Shown: positions 1-9,589 of the stretch, piece after piece
How positions within the stretch are numbered: the stretch's first letter is position 1
How the letters are laid out: each line of letters starts with the position of its first letter
From: Patescibacteria group bacterium
GTDB lineage: Bacteria > Patescibacteriota > Patescibacteriia > PEXW01
DNA: 64,000 nucleotides
Reading direction: 5' to 3'
NCBI GenBank assembly: GCA_038063455.1
Contig: JBBTVB010000002.1
Coordinates: forward strand, 193,296 to 257,295
The notes under the pieces: generated by a model
Database searches by the model: none
What the model was told of the DNA's origin: nothing
Seen by the model: only the letters and a program-made list of their open reading frames with translations
Made by a program: the position numbers and the translations under genes

Positions 1-29
1 CGTATATCGATGCATGTTAGTGTGTAAGC

Positions 30-374
30 ATGAATACTTCAAATACCCTCAAGGCAAATAAAATAAGCAAAGAGCTACTCAAGGGGTCCTTAGAAATTCT
101 CGTGTTGTCGATAGTAAAAGCTGTTCCGCTCTACGGCTACCTCATTGCCAAAGAGTTAAAAGGTCAAAGCCATGAGGTCTTCAATCTGGGCGAGGGGACA
201 CTGTACCCGTTGCTCCATAAACTCGAGGACGCGGGCTGGTTGGAATCCTGGTGGAAAGAAGCAGAAGGCCGGCGACGAAAGTACTACGCCTTGACCCCCA
301 AAGGTCGAAAATTTTTGGCAACCAAAGCCGCAGAATGGCAAACATTTTCTCAAGCCGTTAAACGCGTTATCTAG
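30..374 (+). CDS. PadR family transcriptional regulator
   Basis: 114-aa ORF with a PadR winged-HTH signature (LEILVLSIV..PLYGYLIAKEL..GTLYPLLHKLEDAGWLES..RRKYYALTPKGR). TAGTGT -10-like box at 18-23, 6 nt before the ATG. Confidence 0.9.
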   Translation: MNTSNTLKANKISKELLKGSLEILVLSIVKAVPLYGYLIAKELKGQSHEVFNLGEGTLYPLLHKLEDAGWLESWWKEAEGRRRKYYALTPKGRKFLATKAAEWQTFSQAVKRVI

Positions 375-375
375 C

Positions 376-1536
376 ATGCGCCGTCCCTCCAATGTCCGCC
401 AGGAATTGGAAAGCCATATTGCGGACCAAGCCGATGAGCTGGTCGAGCAGGGCATTGATCGTGAAGAAGCCCTCCGCCAGGCCCGACTGGCGTTTGGGGA
501 TATCAAAAAATGTGAGCAGGAAGTGCTAGCATTTAACGCCACTAGGCTACTCTTCACGCCAATGATATTGGCAGCCGTCGGGGCAGCGGTCGCGATCTGT
601 CTTTCTTTAGGCAGCTGGTTGCGCCAGTACCCGCTGACGGGTGTACTGCTCCAGCCGGTGCTGCTCGGTGCTGTGTACTTGGGTCTCTTTACTCTGGTGA
701 CGCGTGCACTCACCTGGCTCCTGGAATACTGGAGCATTACCTCCCGAACTGCGCTGTGGGCCAGCCTAGTGTTTGGTGTGGCGGTAAATATGTCGCTGAC
801 GTTGGTAAACGACCTGGACGATTTTTTAGTACCCTTGCACGCCCTGGCGCTCGCACTGCTCTTACTGGCGGTATTGCAACGGCATTGGCGAGCACTACCG
901 ATCTTCTACAAAAAAATATTCATCTACGGTTTCAGCATTACCGCCACGTGGTCGGCTATCCATGGTAAGGCTGTATTTGCGTTTCTCTACACCCAACCCT
1001 GCCTGTACCTGACGCGCGACACGACGCCCCTCACCGGCGCGCTCGCCGCCTGCCAGCAGGTACCACTCGCGCATCCTGTGCTCTGGCCGCTCTACGCCCT
1101 CGGGCTGGTTGCCCTGGTTGCCGGGGTGCGTTTCCTGGGGCGGTACTGGAAAAATACTGGTAGCTACCGGTCTCGAAAAGTTGCTTTGTCAGTTATTTTT
1201 GCTGCCCTGCCCCTGCTGCCACTGGCGGTTCACGATGTGAATAACTACGGCAAGGTAGACGTTATTTCCTGGAAGCCGGCAATTTTCCAAGCATACCAGG
1301 ATATCCTAGGCCGTAATCCGCAATCGAAAGACATTACATTCTACGCGCGCACCCGCGCCTACACGCAGCTGCCGCGCGTGCGAGAGGTACTGTACCAATC
1401 GGTGGAGCGCACGCTCGTGATAGAAAAGATCCATCAGAAAATTCTCGGTCGGTCGGCCAGCACGGCGGAAATAAATTTTTTCTTCGAGGGGCGGCAAACC
1501 GTCGAGGAAATCCGAACCACGCTTCGCCAGGATTAG
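376..1536 (+). CDS. PadR-associated integral membrane protein with C-terminal DUF4214-like repeats
   Basis: 386-aa ORF starting 2 nt after the PadR stop. N-terminal helical motif (ELESHIADQADELVEQGIDREEALRQARLAFGD) is typical of proteins encoded just downstream of PadR. Several hydrophobic helices. Two C-terminal ILGR(N/S) units resemble DUF4214. Confidence 0.6.
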   Translation: MRRPSNVRQELESHIADQADELVEQGIDREEALRQARLAFGDIKKCEQEVLAFNATRLLFTPMILAAVGAAVAICLSLGSWLRQYPLTGVLLQPVLLGAVYLGLFTLVTRALTWLLEYWSITSRTALWASLVFGVAVNMSLTLVNDLDDFLVPLHALALALLLLAVLQRHWRALPIFYKKIFIYGFSITATWSAIHGKAVFAFLYTQPCLYLTRDTTPLTGALAACQQVPLAHPVLWPLYALGLVALVAGVRFLGRYWKNTGSYRSRKVALSVIFAALPLLPLAVHDVNNYGKVDVISWKPAIFQAYQDILGRNPQSKDITFYARTRAYTQLPRVREVLYQSVERTLVIEKIHQKILGRSASTAEINFFFEGRQTVEEIRTTLRQD

Positions 1537-1537
1537 T

Positions 1538-2713
1538 ATGTCTCTTTTTATACCTCGATATACGATGGATAAAATCCTGATTGTCCTCCTCACCGCGGTC
1601 GGTTGCCTGCAGGTCCAACCGGTGCTGGCGGCAGCAACCGACAATTCTACGCATACGGTGGAAATGACCATCGTCGCGGCAGATATTCGAGGGGAGAAAA
1701 TATACCAGACCAAGCACCTTACGCTCGACGTGCAGACCTGGCGCGTGGAGCAGTGGAAAGAACTGCGACTGCCGGCCGAATGGGCAAACACTGGTTTGTA
1801 TGTCGAACTCTGGGATGCGACGAATCATCGCATTCCACAGTTTCGGGCGAGCCGGCTGCACGTATCGACCCTCGACCTCTCGACCCTGGATGCATCGCTC
1901 TACCCCTCATTCCGGGTCATCGTCTTCCAGGCGAAAAGTCCGGTGTCCTGGCCGGCCATGGCTGTAAGCGTTACCTACACCGAATCGCTAAATACTCGAT
2001 TAATCATCCTGCTATCGCTGATCCTCCTTGCTCTTTCCCTGTTGATTATTGGGAGTATAAAATTTCGCGTGACGCCGCACGTTATCTGGCAGACGACGGT
2101 GGCGGCCATTCGCGTACCGCTAGCTGAGGTGGGTGGGCAGCACATGGTTGGTTTGGCGTGGATGGTATGTGTCTGGTCAGCGGTATTCGCCGTACCCTTG
2201 GGGAGTTTCGCCGGCTGGCAGCAAGTCGTGTACCTTTTCATAAAAATCCCCTTTCTGTTTTTCTGCTCGTTTCTTATTTCCGGGCTGGCAAATTTCGTCC
2301 TGGCCAAGCTGATCGGCGTTACTCTATCTGTCCGCAGCTTATTTGCAAATGCAGTACAGGTCTTAAGTGTTACAGCAATAAGCCTGGCCAGCGTCAGTCC
2401 CATCCTGTGGTGGCTCTTGGCGACCAACCAAGATCATGATGCGGTCCTCATCTGGGCTGTGTTGCTTTTTGGTTGCGCCTATGTCGTGGGGGTGTTCAGG
2501 CTCTACCGACAGTACCGGTTAGCCGGATCGAAACGCCCGCTCGTGCCGGTACTTCTGTGGATGGTGCTCTACGGCGTCGTCCTGCTGCAACTCGGGTGGA
2601 TGCTGCGGCCGTGGGTCGGGGTACTGGACCCGGTCTATCACACCATCCCCTTCTCGCGCCTGTACAGCGGAAACGTCTTTGAAGAAATTCTCGCCACATT
2701 AAACCGACTCTAA
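1538..2713 (+). CDS. membrane protein, unknown function (signal-like N-terminus, extracytoplasmic domain, multi-pass C-terminal half)
   Basis: 391-aa ORF tightly coupled to the previous gene. Hydrophobic N-terminal helix, ~150-aa soluble region, then multiple TM helices. Confidence 0.6.
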   Translation: MSLFIPRYTMDKILIVLLTAVGCLQVQPVLAAATDNSTHTVEMTIVAADIRGEKIYQTKHLTLDVQTWRVEQWKELRLPAEWANTGLYVELWDATNHRIPQFRASRLHVSTLDLSTLDASLYPSFRVIVFQAKSPVSWPAMAVSVTYTESLNTRLIILLSLILLALSLLIIGSIKFRVTPHVIWQTTVAAIRVPLAEVGGQHMVGLAWMVCVWSAVFAVPLGSFAGWQQVVYLFIKIPFLFFCSFLISGLANFVLAKLIGVTLSVRSLFANAVQVLSVTAISLASVSPILWWLLATNQDHDAVLIWAVLLFGCAYVVGVFRLYRQYRLAGSKRPLVPVLLWMVLYGVVLLQLGWMLRPWVGVLDPVYHTIPFSRLYSGNVFEEILATLNRL

Positions 2714-2727
2714 CGTCGGGAAAGGAA

Positions 2728-3324
2728 ATGTCTATGTCTCACTTGGGTACGTCCCTCTTGCTGAAGAATAAAGAATCGGTGTTCGAATCGAAAGTACATT
2801 CGGTCAATTGGCAACGCTATGGAGTGGAATTTTTTATCGTAAGTATTCTGGGCATGCTCTTTTTTGGCGGGTTGGCGGCGGACAGTACGAGCTGGCACGC
2901 TGTTTGGCTGCAGGCCGTAAAGTTTGTGGCCCTCTACTGGGGTTCGATCCTGCTGTGCTTGCCTTCGCTGTTCGTTTTTAGCGCCGTGCGCGGCTCAAAA
3001 ATAACGGTTAGCGAGCTGGCCTACTATACGGTTGCGGGTATGGCAACCATTGGCGTGGTGTTACTCTCCATTGCGCCGATTACCGGCTTCTTCGCCTGGA
3101 CGACAAATACGGCGGCGACCATGCAATCGATAAACTTGCTGACGGGTGGGGTGGCCTTACTCTTTGGTTTGTACTTTATTGGTCGCGGCTACAACTTTAT
3201 ACACGAACTGCGAAAAACCAATGACACCAAGAGCCAGTCGGGCTTAGATTTCTTCGTACTCTGGTTTTTCCTCTTGATGGCGGTCATGGCACAGATGGTG
3301 AAGGTATTGAACTTGGCCAACTAG
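2728..3324 (+). CDS. multi-pass membrane protein, paralogous to the C-terminal half of 1538..2713
   Basis: 198-aa ORF with 5-6 hydrophobic helices. By-eye alignment to the preceding protein (..SIAPITGFF / ..SVSPILWW; ALLFGLYFIG / VLLFGCAYVVG). Confidence 0.6.
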   Translation: MSMSHLGTSLLLKNKESVFESKVHSVNWQRYGVEFFIVSILGMLFFGGLAADSTSWHAVWLQAVKFVALYWGSILLCLPSLFVFSAVRGSKITVSELAYYTVAGMATIGVVLLSIAPITGFFAWTTNTAATMQSINLLTGGVALLFGLYFIGRGYNFIHELRKTNDTKSQSGLDFFVLWFFLLMAVMAQMVKVLNLAN

Positions 3325-4832
3325 CCTTGGCTCCTATACTGCAAGGCTTCCGCCACATGGGCAAGCTGGATATTCTCGCTCCCGGCCAGGTCGGCAATAG
3401 TGCGGCTGACTTTAAGCACACGCACGTACCCCCGGGCCGAAAGGTGCAGCTGATCAACGGCCTGACGCAAGAGCGCATGACTCGCAGCATCAACCTGGCA
3501 GTGCTGGGTGAGCAAGGCTTGCGACATGTGCGCGTTCGTACGGTAGAGTTCATTGGCAAACCGCGATGCTTGCACCTCGCGTGCCCGCACAACGCGCGCG
3601 CGAATTGCTGCCGAAGATTCGGCCGGCTTGCCGTCTAGCCGCAGAGTGGAAAAATCTTGCCGTGGCACCTGGATGTGCAGGTCGATGCGGTCGAGCAACG
3701 GGCCAGACACCCGCCGTTCGTACCGCAACAACTGCGCCGGGCTGCACACGCAGGCGCGTTTGGGGTCGTTGCGAAATCCACACGGGCACGGGTTCTGGCT
3801 GGCAATAACCATGCACGCCGCCGGAAAACGCAAACTCTGGGCGGCGCGCGCAACCGTAACCACCCCGTCTTCCAGTGGCTGCCGCAATGCTTCCAATGCT
3901 TGGCGCGGGAATTCTGGCAGCTCGTCCAAGTACAGCACACCGTTGTGTGCGAGGGATACTTCACCGGGCCGCGGGATGGACCCGCCACCCACGAGCGCGG
4001 CGGTTGAGGTGGTGTGGTGGGGCGTACGAAACGGCCGACGCAATTGCAAAGGTGTGTCGGCTTGCAACATTCCACCAACGCTATGAATAGCAGTGACTTC
4101 AAGGGCTTCGGCGTATGCCAGCGGCGGCAGGATAGATGGCATGCTGCGGGCCAGCAGGGTTTTACCCGAACCAGGCGGGCCCACCAGCAACAGGTTATGC
4201 CCGCCGGCAGCCGCAACCTCGATTGCGCGCTTGGCTTGCTGCTGGCCGCGAACCAGTGCAAAGTCGGCTTCGTGCTGCCGGTCGAGTGCGGGAGCCGCCG
4301 CAACTACTGGTTGCAGTTTTGTAACCCCGAGTAGGTGGTGTACCAACTCTTGTATCGTTGCTGGCGCGTACACCGTAAGCCCTTCTACGAGCGCGGCTTC
4401 AACACCATTGGTTGCTGGCACCACGAGTGTGCGTAAGGGTTGCGCAACAGCCGCGCGGGCCATGGGAAGCGCACCACGCACTGGACGCAGCGACCCATCC
4501 AAGCCAAGCTCACCCACGAAGGTGATACCAGCACACACTTCAGCAGGCAGCTGCTTGGTCTGCACCAGCAGGGCCAGCGCAATGGGCAGGTCAAAACCAG
4601 GCCCGGCCTTTTTCAAATCTGCTGGCGCCAGGTTCACGGTTACGTGGCCGCGCGGAAAAGCAAAACCGGCGGCCCGGATAGCAGAACGCACCCGCTCGCG
4701 GGCCTCCTGTACCGCGGTGTCGGGCAAACCTACTACGAGAAATTTTGGCAACCCAAATTGGCTATCAGCTTCTACACTTACGGGGCAGCCATCCACGCCG
4801 AGCGTGGTAGCAGACAAAATTGTTGCAGGCAT
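3321..4832 (-). CDS. comM: YifB/ComM family Mg-chelatase-like ATPase
   Basis: Conserved N-terminus (TLGVDG..V.VE.D...GLP.F.VVGLPD.AV.E.RERVR.AI), Walker A (LLLVGPPGSGKT) and C-terminal SARGY.R.L.V.RTIADL. Start chosen at the ATG at 4832 (MPATILSA) because the longer ORF to 4964 overlaps lspA. Confidence 0.9.
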   Translation of the reverse strand: MPATILSATTLGVDGCPVSVEADSQFGLPKFLVVGLPDTAVQEARERVRSAIRAAGFAFPRGHVTVNLAPADLKKAGPGFDLPIALALLVQTKQLPAEVCAGITFVGELGLDGSLRPVRGALPMARAAVAQPLRTLVVPATNGVEAALVEGLTVYAPATIQELVHHLLGVTKLQPVVAAAPALDRQHEADFALVRGQQQAKRAIEVAAAGGHNLLLVGPPGSGKTLLARSMPSILPPLAYAEALEVTAIHSVGGMLQADTPLQLRRPFRTPHHTTSTAALVGGGSIPRPGEVSLAHNGVLYLDELPEFPRQALEALRQPLEDGVVTVARAAQSLRFPAACMVIASQNPCPCGFRNDPKRACVCSPAQLLRYERRVSGPLLDRIDLHIQVPRQDFSTLRLDGKPAESSAAIRARVVRAREVQASRFANELYRTNAHMSQALLTQHCQVDAASHALLRQAVDQLHLSARGYVRVLKVSRTIADLAGSENIQLAHVAEALQYRSQG

Positions 4833-4893
4833 GGGGGTGGACGACGTCGCGTGGTGTCTTGGCACGCGCAGCCGCCGGTATGCCCCCAAAAAA

Positions 4894-5352
4894 TTACGGG
4901 GGCGTTGAGCGAGTATGCCGTCGAGGCATAGACGCGAGAATGAGCAGGAATGTCCCGAGGACAATCATCCAGTCGCCAAGGTTTGCAGTGGTTGGCAAAA
5001 AGCTAAGCTTCAAAAAATCCCGAACGTAGCCATAGGTCAAACGGTCAAGCAGGTTAGAAACTGCGCCACTCCCAACCAACAGCGCGGCCACCCACTGTAC
5101 CTGGTTGTGATTGCGGTAGGCTTGGCGGGCAATGACTGCGACCACAATAAGGAGCATAGCAACCAGCAGCAAAGCCAACGGACCAGGCAGGGCAATCCCT
5201 AGTGCAATGCCCCTGTTCGTGGCCGGCGCACTTTGCAAAACGCCAGGAATGAGTTCGTGCGCTGGGCGTGCAAAAGCTAGCGTCCGCGTAATGCGGTCCG
5301 CCACAAACAGCACCAGGATAATCCCAGCCCACAACCAGAAGAACCGACGCAT
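4894..5352 (-). CDS. lspA: lipoprotein signal peptidase (signal peptidase II)
   Basis: Four TM helices plus LspA motifs (NRGIALGI; VSNLLDRLTYGYVRDF; NLGDWMI). Start set at the ATG at 5352 (MRRFFWLW). Confidence 0.85.
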   Translation of the reverse strand: MRRFFWLWAGIILVLFVADRITRTLAFARPAHELIPGVLQSAPATNRGIALGIALPGPLALLLVAMLLIVVAVIARQAYRNHNQVQWVAALLVGSGAVSNLLDRLTYGYVRDFLKLSFLPTTANLGDWMIVLGTFLLILASMPRRHTRSTPP

Positions 5353-5357
5353 AGCTG

Positions 5358-5762
5358 CTACGTCTGTGCTCGCGCCTTCTTCACGCACTCGATGCAAGTG
5401 GTGGCCGAGGGCACGAGTTCCAAACGTTTGGCTTCAATAGGTTTGCCGCAGGTTTGGCAAATGCCGTACGTTCCGTCGTCAACGTGTTTCAGAGCGGCTT
5501 GGACATCGTGTATGGATTGCTCCAGGTTTTTCTCCATCGAAAGCTTGTCCTGAAACTCGGAGACTTCGGCGGCATTTTCTTCTTCCTTGCTACCGTACTC
5601 GTCCCACAGGGCTTTGCCCTTATCTACAATTGTGCCGAGGCGCGACGTAAGCCGGTCATACTCTTTTAGGAGTCGATGCTTCACATCGCCTAGGAATGCC
5701 AGGCGTCCGCGGGCAGGTTGTTGGGGTGGCTGGGCCATACGCAAAAGAAACAGCTTGGACAC
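5358..5762 (-). CDS. DksA/TraR family C4-type zinc-finger protein
   Basis: C-terminal CQTCGKPIEAKRLELVPSATTCIECV (CxxC-N17-CxxC) preceded by a coiled-coil region. Start uncertain: GTG at 5762 or ATG at 5738. Confidence 0.8.
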   Translation of the reverse strand: MSKLFLLRMAQPPQQPARGRLAFLGDVKHRLLKEYDRLTSRLGTIVDKGKALWDEYGSKEEENAAEVSEFQDKLSMEKNLEQSIHDVQAALKHVDDGTYGICQTCGKPIEAKRLELVPSATTCIECVKKARAQT

Positions 5763-5838
5763 TTGGGCGTGCTCAATCTCTTGTCGAATAGACTATACCA
5801 ACCACTGTAAAAAACCGCAAGGCGCTCTCCAGCTACCG

Positions 5839-5949
5839 TTAGACACTGGGCCCAAAACTGGCAGCGAGCACCCCAGCAGTAATGGCAAAAAGCGCCAACC
5901 AGATGACGGCGATACGAATACTCTGCTGTGGAGTACGGACGGTCTGCAT
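5839..5949 (-). CDS. possible 36-aa single-pass membrane peptide
   Basis: ATG..TAA ORF below the track cutoff (MQTVRTPQQSIRIAVIWLALFAITAGVLAASFGPSV). Lies downstream of a TTGCTT-N17-TATACT promoter. No Shine-Dalgarno sequence. Confidence 0.25.
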   Translation of the reverse strand: MQTVRTPQQSIRIAVIWLALFAITAGVLAASFGPSV

Positions 5950-5983
5950 AGTTTTTTACTTTTTATTTTTACTTTCTAAACAC

Positions 5984-6012
5984 AGTATAGCGCATTTTTA
6001 AGAAAAAAGCAA
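5984..6012 (-). promoter_or_regulatory. sigma-70-type promoter (TTGCTT-N17-TATACT) for the minus-strand small ORF/dksA-lspA-comM unit
   Basis: Read directly on the minus strand: -35 at 6012-6007, -10 at 5989-5984. Confidence 0.5.
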
Positions 6013-6150
6013 GTTGTATCTTTGTAAACAGCCTTGTGCATATTTAGTACTTCTGGGGGTTTGGGGGTTCGAAAAGCGGCCCTTGGGTATACAAAATAAA
6101 GCTACCCTACCCCGGGTTGCGCGTTTGAGAACCCCCAACAGTCTTTGGGC

Positions 6151-6180
6151 GCCACCCTTTCTGCTGCCAGAAAGGGTGGC
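6151..6180 (-). terminator. perfect 13-bp stem hairpin downstream of the 583-aa cohesin-like gene
   Basis: GCCACCCTTTCTG-CTGC-CAGAAAGGGTGGC, located ~70 nt after the stop at 6250. Confidence 0.6.
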
Positions 6181-6249
6181 AAACCGTGATTGACCATGAG
6201 TAACAAACCCAATATCGTTACGTCGTCACGCAAGCATATGAGTTCTAGC

Positions 6250-8001
6250 CTACTTCCCCTTTTTCTTTTTCTTCAGCTTCTTCACTTGCTTATCCACCAG
6301 GTCGTCAATGCGCTGGCGCACCTGGGTAATGTCTTTGCGAATCTGCTCGTGGGTGGCGGCCTGCATGGAGCGCTCGGTAACGCTGGACCGAATGGCGCCG
6401 ACAATATCTTTTTCCAGGCTCGTCTGCAGCCGGTCAATTTCGTCGTTGATCTGGTCTTCTGCCGTGCTCAGGTCAAAACTCTCGGCGCGCTGCCAGTGGC
6501 GGAAACGCTGGTACAGCACGGCCAGCAGCATGATGAGCGCCGCAATGATGCCCAGCAGGAAGAGGATGAGCCCGCCCGACGGCACAAGGAACCCCAGCAC
6601 TTGCACGGTTGAACCCAGAGTGTGGAATGTGGCGGGTACGGATGCCGGACTTTCCAGGCCCTGCCGGTTCATGGCAACTGCCGTTAGGTTATGGCTGCCG
6701 GGCGCCAAGAATGGTTTAAAACTGTACCGCCAAAGCGTGAGACCATCGGGGATGAATACGCCCGGTGCAGAGTCGATGCGATACGTATCGCTAGAAAATC
6801 GCGCCAGTTCTTTCCCGTCAATAAGCAGCGCAACCGTATCGCCTTGCACGGTTAGACCTTCCACCGTGAAGTCGGCAAACAGCGTGAGCTTTTTCGGCAC
6901 GGAAGTAAGGCGCGGCGCGGGGCTGCCCTCGACGTTAAACTGGCCGATCGCCTCGCGCACGTTGCCGGCTTGGTCAGCCGCCCGCAGGGTAAACTGATGA
7001 ATGCCGGACTTTTGCGTTTCGACCAAGTGCGGGCTAGTGACCCTGGTAAAATCCTGCGTGTCCAGCGCCAGCGTGTAGTCGGCTATGCCGCTGCCGCTAT
7101 CCGTGGTCTCAAATTGTAAACGGTACGTTGGGGTGGCGGCATCTTGCACGCTGCTCACGCTGGGGGTGAATGCCGCAGGGGCTTGCGTATCAATACGAAC
7201 GCGAACGTGCGCCGTCGTAGACCAGCCAACAGCGGACTTGGCCCGCAGGTGGAAGTACCACGCGCCATCAGTAAGATCGTTGTAGGTACCGCTGCCGTTG
7301 TTATCGTCAAAGGCCTCGTCGGGTGTGGTGGTTGCACTCTGATCAAAAACAAAGCTAACCCCTTGCACGCCAGTGGGCCGGGTCCAGGTAAAAACCGGGT
7401 CGTTATTGTTGTACCACGCATTACTATTCGGGTGCGTGCTCGACTTCACTACTGGCGCCACCACGCTGGGGGTGGTGGGTTCGGCCGGGGTCTCGGGTGT
7501 GGGCGTGCTGGGCGTGGCTGCTGCAATACTGAGTGTGGTGCTACCATAGCCGGTAAGAATATTCGTACCCAAACCGTCATTCGCCAGCACCGCACCCGAC
7601 GCGTAGGTAATGGTGGCCTTCCCCGCAGCTTTGGCTTTAAAAGTAACGGTCAGCACGCTGCGGCCACTCCCTTTGTAGCCTGGGTTTGGCAAACCGCCAC
7701 CGAACGATACGGTCCCGTTGCTATTTGAGTAGCTCGGCTCGGTCGTCCAGTACGAAAATAGACTCCCTTTGCTCACCCCAGTCACTTGTAGCTTATCCGT
7801 TGGAAAATTCAACTTTCCTTGGCTAGCATTAATGGCCTGGTCCGTGCTCCGCACAACAATAGACACAGTCGTGGTTTTGCCAACGGTCAGGCTGGTGGTT
7901 GCGGCGGACAAGCTGAGCGTCGCTGCATCAGCCGGTTTGGCTAGCAGGAACGCACTGGCGAGTAGGACGAGAATGCTCGTGGGTAGCTTAGCAAAGCGCA
8001 T
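6250..8001 (-). CDS. cohesin-like domain type I membrane protein (paralog 1)
   Basis: Signal peptide, then a cohesin-like beta-sandwich (LSLSAATTSLTVGKTTTVSIVV..GKLNFPTDKLQV..GTVSFGGGLPNPGY..LTVTFKAKAAGKATITY). P/T linker, STHPN..WY..FTW..DGAWYFHLRA module, Ig-like domain, one TM helix and a charged coiled-coil tail ending in KKLKKKKKGK. Confidence 0.8.
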   Translation of the reverse strand: MRFAKLPTSILVLLASAFLLAKPADAATLSLSAATTSLTVGKTTTVSIVVRSTDQAINASQGKLNFPTDKLQVTGVSKGSLFSYWTTEPSYSNSNGTVSFGGGLPNPGYKGSGRSVLTVTFKAKAAGKATITYASGAVLANDGLGTNILTGYGSTTLSIAAATPSTPTPETPAEPTTPSVVAPVVKSSTHPNSNAWYNNNDPVFTWTRPTGVQGVSFVFDQSATTTPDEAFDDNNGSGTYNDLTDGAWYFHLRAKSAVGWSTTAHVRVRIDTQAPAAFTPSVSSVQDAATPTYRLQFETTDSGSGIADYTLALDTQDFTRVTSPHLVETQKSGIHQFTLRAADQAGNVREAIGQFNVEGSPAPRLTSVPKKLTLFADFTVEGLTVQGDTVALLIDGKELARFSSDTYRIDSAPGVFIPDGLTLWRYSFKPFLAPGSHNLTAVAMNRQGLESPASVPATFHTLGSTVQVLGFLVPSGGLILFLLGIIAALIMLLAVLYQRFRHWQRAESFDLSTAEDQINDEIDRLQTSLEKDIVGAIRSSVTERSMQAATHEQIRKDITQVRQRIDDLVDKQVKKLKKKKKGK

Positions 8002-8002
8002 A

Positions 8003-9472
8003 CTACTGCTGGGTTGGGGGTTGGTTGAGAAAGTTGGTACCAGGCACTGCTGGCTGCACCGGCGGGGTGGGCGGCTGGCTTTGCGCAGGACGGGAGAGAA
8101 TTTGGGCTTGCATGTCCGTAAGATTTTGCTGGTGCTGCACTTCGGCAGAAATGGACGTTTCGAGCGCGCGGGCGGCTTGAATAGTTTTTGCGAGTTCGGA
8201 TTCTTTCGCCAGCGTTTCCCGTTCTAGCCGTTCAATATCGTGGATGACATCGGCCGGACGGCGGCGGCGGCGCAGGATAACCCAGATAAGTAAGCCTACC
8301 ACGAGCACACCCAACCCAATGAGCGCGATGTTGGTTACCAGCGTGTTCTGCAGCAAGGGCGTGCGGCTAATAATGGAGCCGCCCGCTGGCACGGCAACCG
8401 TGAATTCCAACTTGCCATCGGTTGCGTTGCCGGCCTGGTCATAGGCCCGCACCACCACTTGGTAGCGCCCGGCGACGAGCTCGGGCAAACGCACGGGGCT
8501 GGTTTGTTCGACAAAAAACGGCGTCGCTTGATTCGGATCGTCCAAACCAATCAGCTGCATTTCATAGTGCTCAATACCCGACATGGCATCGGTCGTGAGA
8601 AACTTTAACTCCGGCCGCCGGTTTGGTTCTGGGTTGGGCGGGTCAACACTTGGCGTGAAGCCTGCCGGGGCGGTGCTGTCGATGAGTACCGCATAGTGGC
8701 TGGTGCCGCCCCAGCTGGTCACTTTGGCCCGGACGTGAAAGTACCAGCGCCCGTCTGTGTCAGCGGTCACGCTGGCCGTCCGGCTAGGCGTGGCGTCCGT
8801 GCGCTCGGGTGGGGTGGAGCGCGGATTTTGATCGAAGAGGTAACTGTACCCGGACGCGTCAATAATTTCGTCCCACGAAAATTGGGCAGTCCGATTTTGC
8901 GACCAGGCGTTTTGGTCTGGATGGGTGGAAGAAGAAACTATCGGCCCCTCGGGCGCAGCCAGCCCCAGGGTAAAATTCGCATCGCCGCGCGAGGTCAGGA
9001 TATTGGTCCCCTGCCCATCGTTGAGTAAAATTTGCGAAGTGTCGACAAAACTGAGTTTTGCTGGGCCCGGGGAGGTAGCGCGAAAGGTGATAGTGCTAAT
9101 AATACCGGCGTCGGTTTTAATCCCCGGCGTTGGCAACCCGCCCTGGAAGCTAATGGTCCCGGCGGTGTTGGAGAATGCCGGCTGGTTAACCCAAATCGAA
9201 ATGAACGACGTGCCGGCGCTGGGGTTGACCACCTGCAGCCGGTTGGCTGGGAATTTAATGTCAACCTTGGCGGCATTAATCGACTTGCCGCCAGTGTTGA
9301 CCATGATGGAAATGTTGAACGTGCCGCCAACGGTAAAGCTGCCCGACGCCGGACTAAAGAGCAGGCTTGCCCCCTCAGCGGCGCGTGCGCGCAATGGCAG
9401 CGCAGACACCAGTAGCAGCATGAACAGTGTCAGGCTAACCCAAAATTGTGGTTTGTGATGTTTAACCTCCAT
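8003..9472 (-). CDS. cohesin-like domain type I membrane protein (paralog 2)
   Basis: Same architecture as 6250..8001 (LLFSPASGSFTVGGTFNISIMV..; STHPDQNAW..DGRWYFHVRA; TM helix then RRRRRP). TATACT -10 box at 9480-9485, 7 nt before the ATG. Confidence 0.8.
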   Translation of the reverse strand: MEVKHHKPQFWVSLTLFMLLLVSALPLRARAAEGASLLFSPASGSFTVGGTFNISIMVNTGGKSINAAKVDIKFPANRLQVVNPSAGTSFISIWVNQPAFSNTAGTISFQGGLPTPGIKTDAGIISTITFRATSPGPAKLSFVDTSQILLNDGQGTNILTSRGDANFTLGLAAPEGPIVSSSTHPDQNAWSQNRTAQFSWDEIIDASGYSYLFDQNPRSTPPERTDATPSRTASVTADTDGRWYFHVRAKVTSWGGTSHYAVLIDSTAPAGFTPSVDPPNPEPNRRPELKFLTTDAMSGIEHYEMQLIGLDDPNQATPFFVEQTSPVRLPELVAGRYQVVVRAYDQAGNATDGKLEFTVAVPAGGSIISRTPLLQNTLVTNIALIGLGVLVVGLLIWVILRRRRRPADVIHDIERLERETLAKESELAKTIQAARALETSISAEVQHQQNLTDMQAQILSRPAQSQPPTPPVQPAVPGTNFLNQPPTQQ

Positions 9473-9517
9473 ACCTGCTAGTATAGCGCGTTTTAGAGAC
9501 CTCTAGATATCCAGTTA

Positions 9518-9546
9518 TTGACGAAGGTTACTCCTTCTAGTAAACT
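9518..9546 (+). promoter_or_regulatory. sigma-70-type promoter TTGACG-N17-TAAACT
   Basis: Read directly. Precedes the SD-led gene at 9590. Confidence 0.5.
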
Positions 9547-9589
9547 TTAGTGAAATCAAAAATGAACTTTCTTAACTAAGGAGTAGGAC

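Noticed and set aside
156-737. 193-aa minus-strand ORF overlapping PadR and the following membrane gene. Many similar long antisense ORFs exist, for example 6308..6997, 13357..14007, 22490..23350, 46502..47404, 51478..52368, 52486..53232 and 61565..62587.
   Set aside because: These are shadow ORFs typical of GC-rich coding DNA. They have low-complexity Arg/Ala/Gly/Pro-rich translations and no recognisable motifs, and each is fully nested in a well-supported gene on the other strand.
6190-6612. 140-aa plus-strand ORF overlapping the 3' end of the 583-aa cohesin-like gene.
   Set aside because: It is antisense to the well-supported TM and coiled-coil tail of that gene, it starts inside the terminator region, and its His/Leu/Gln-rich translation has no motif.
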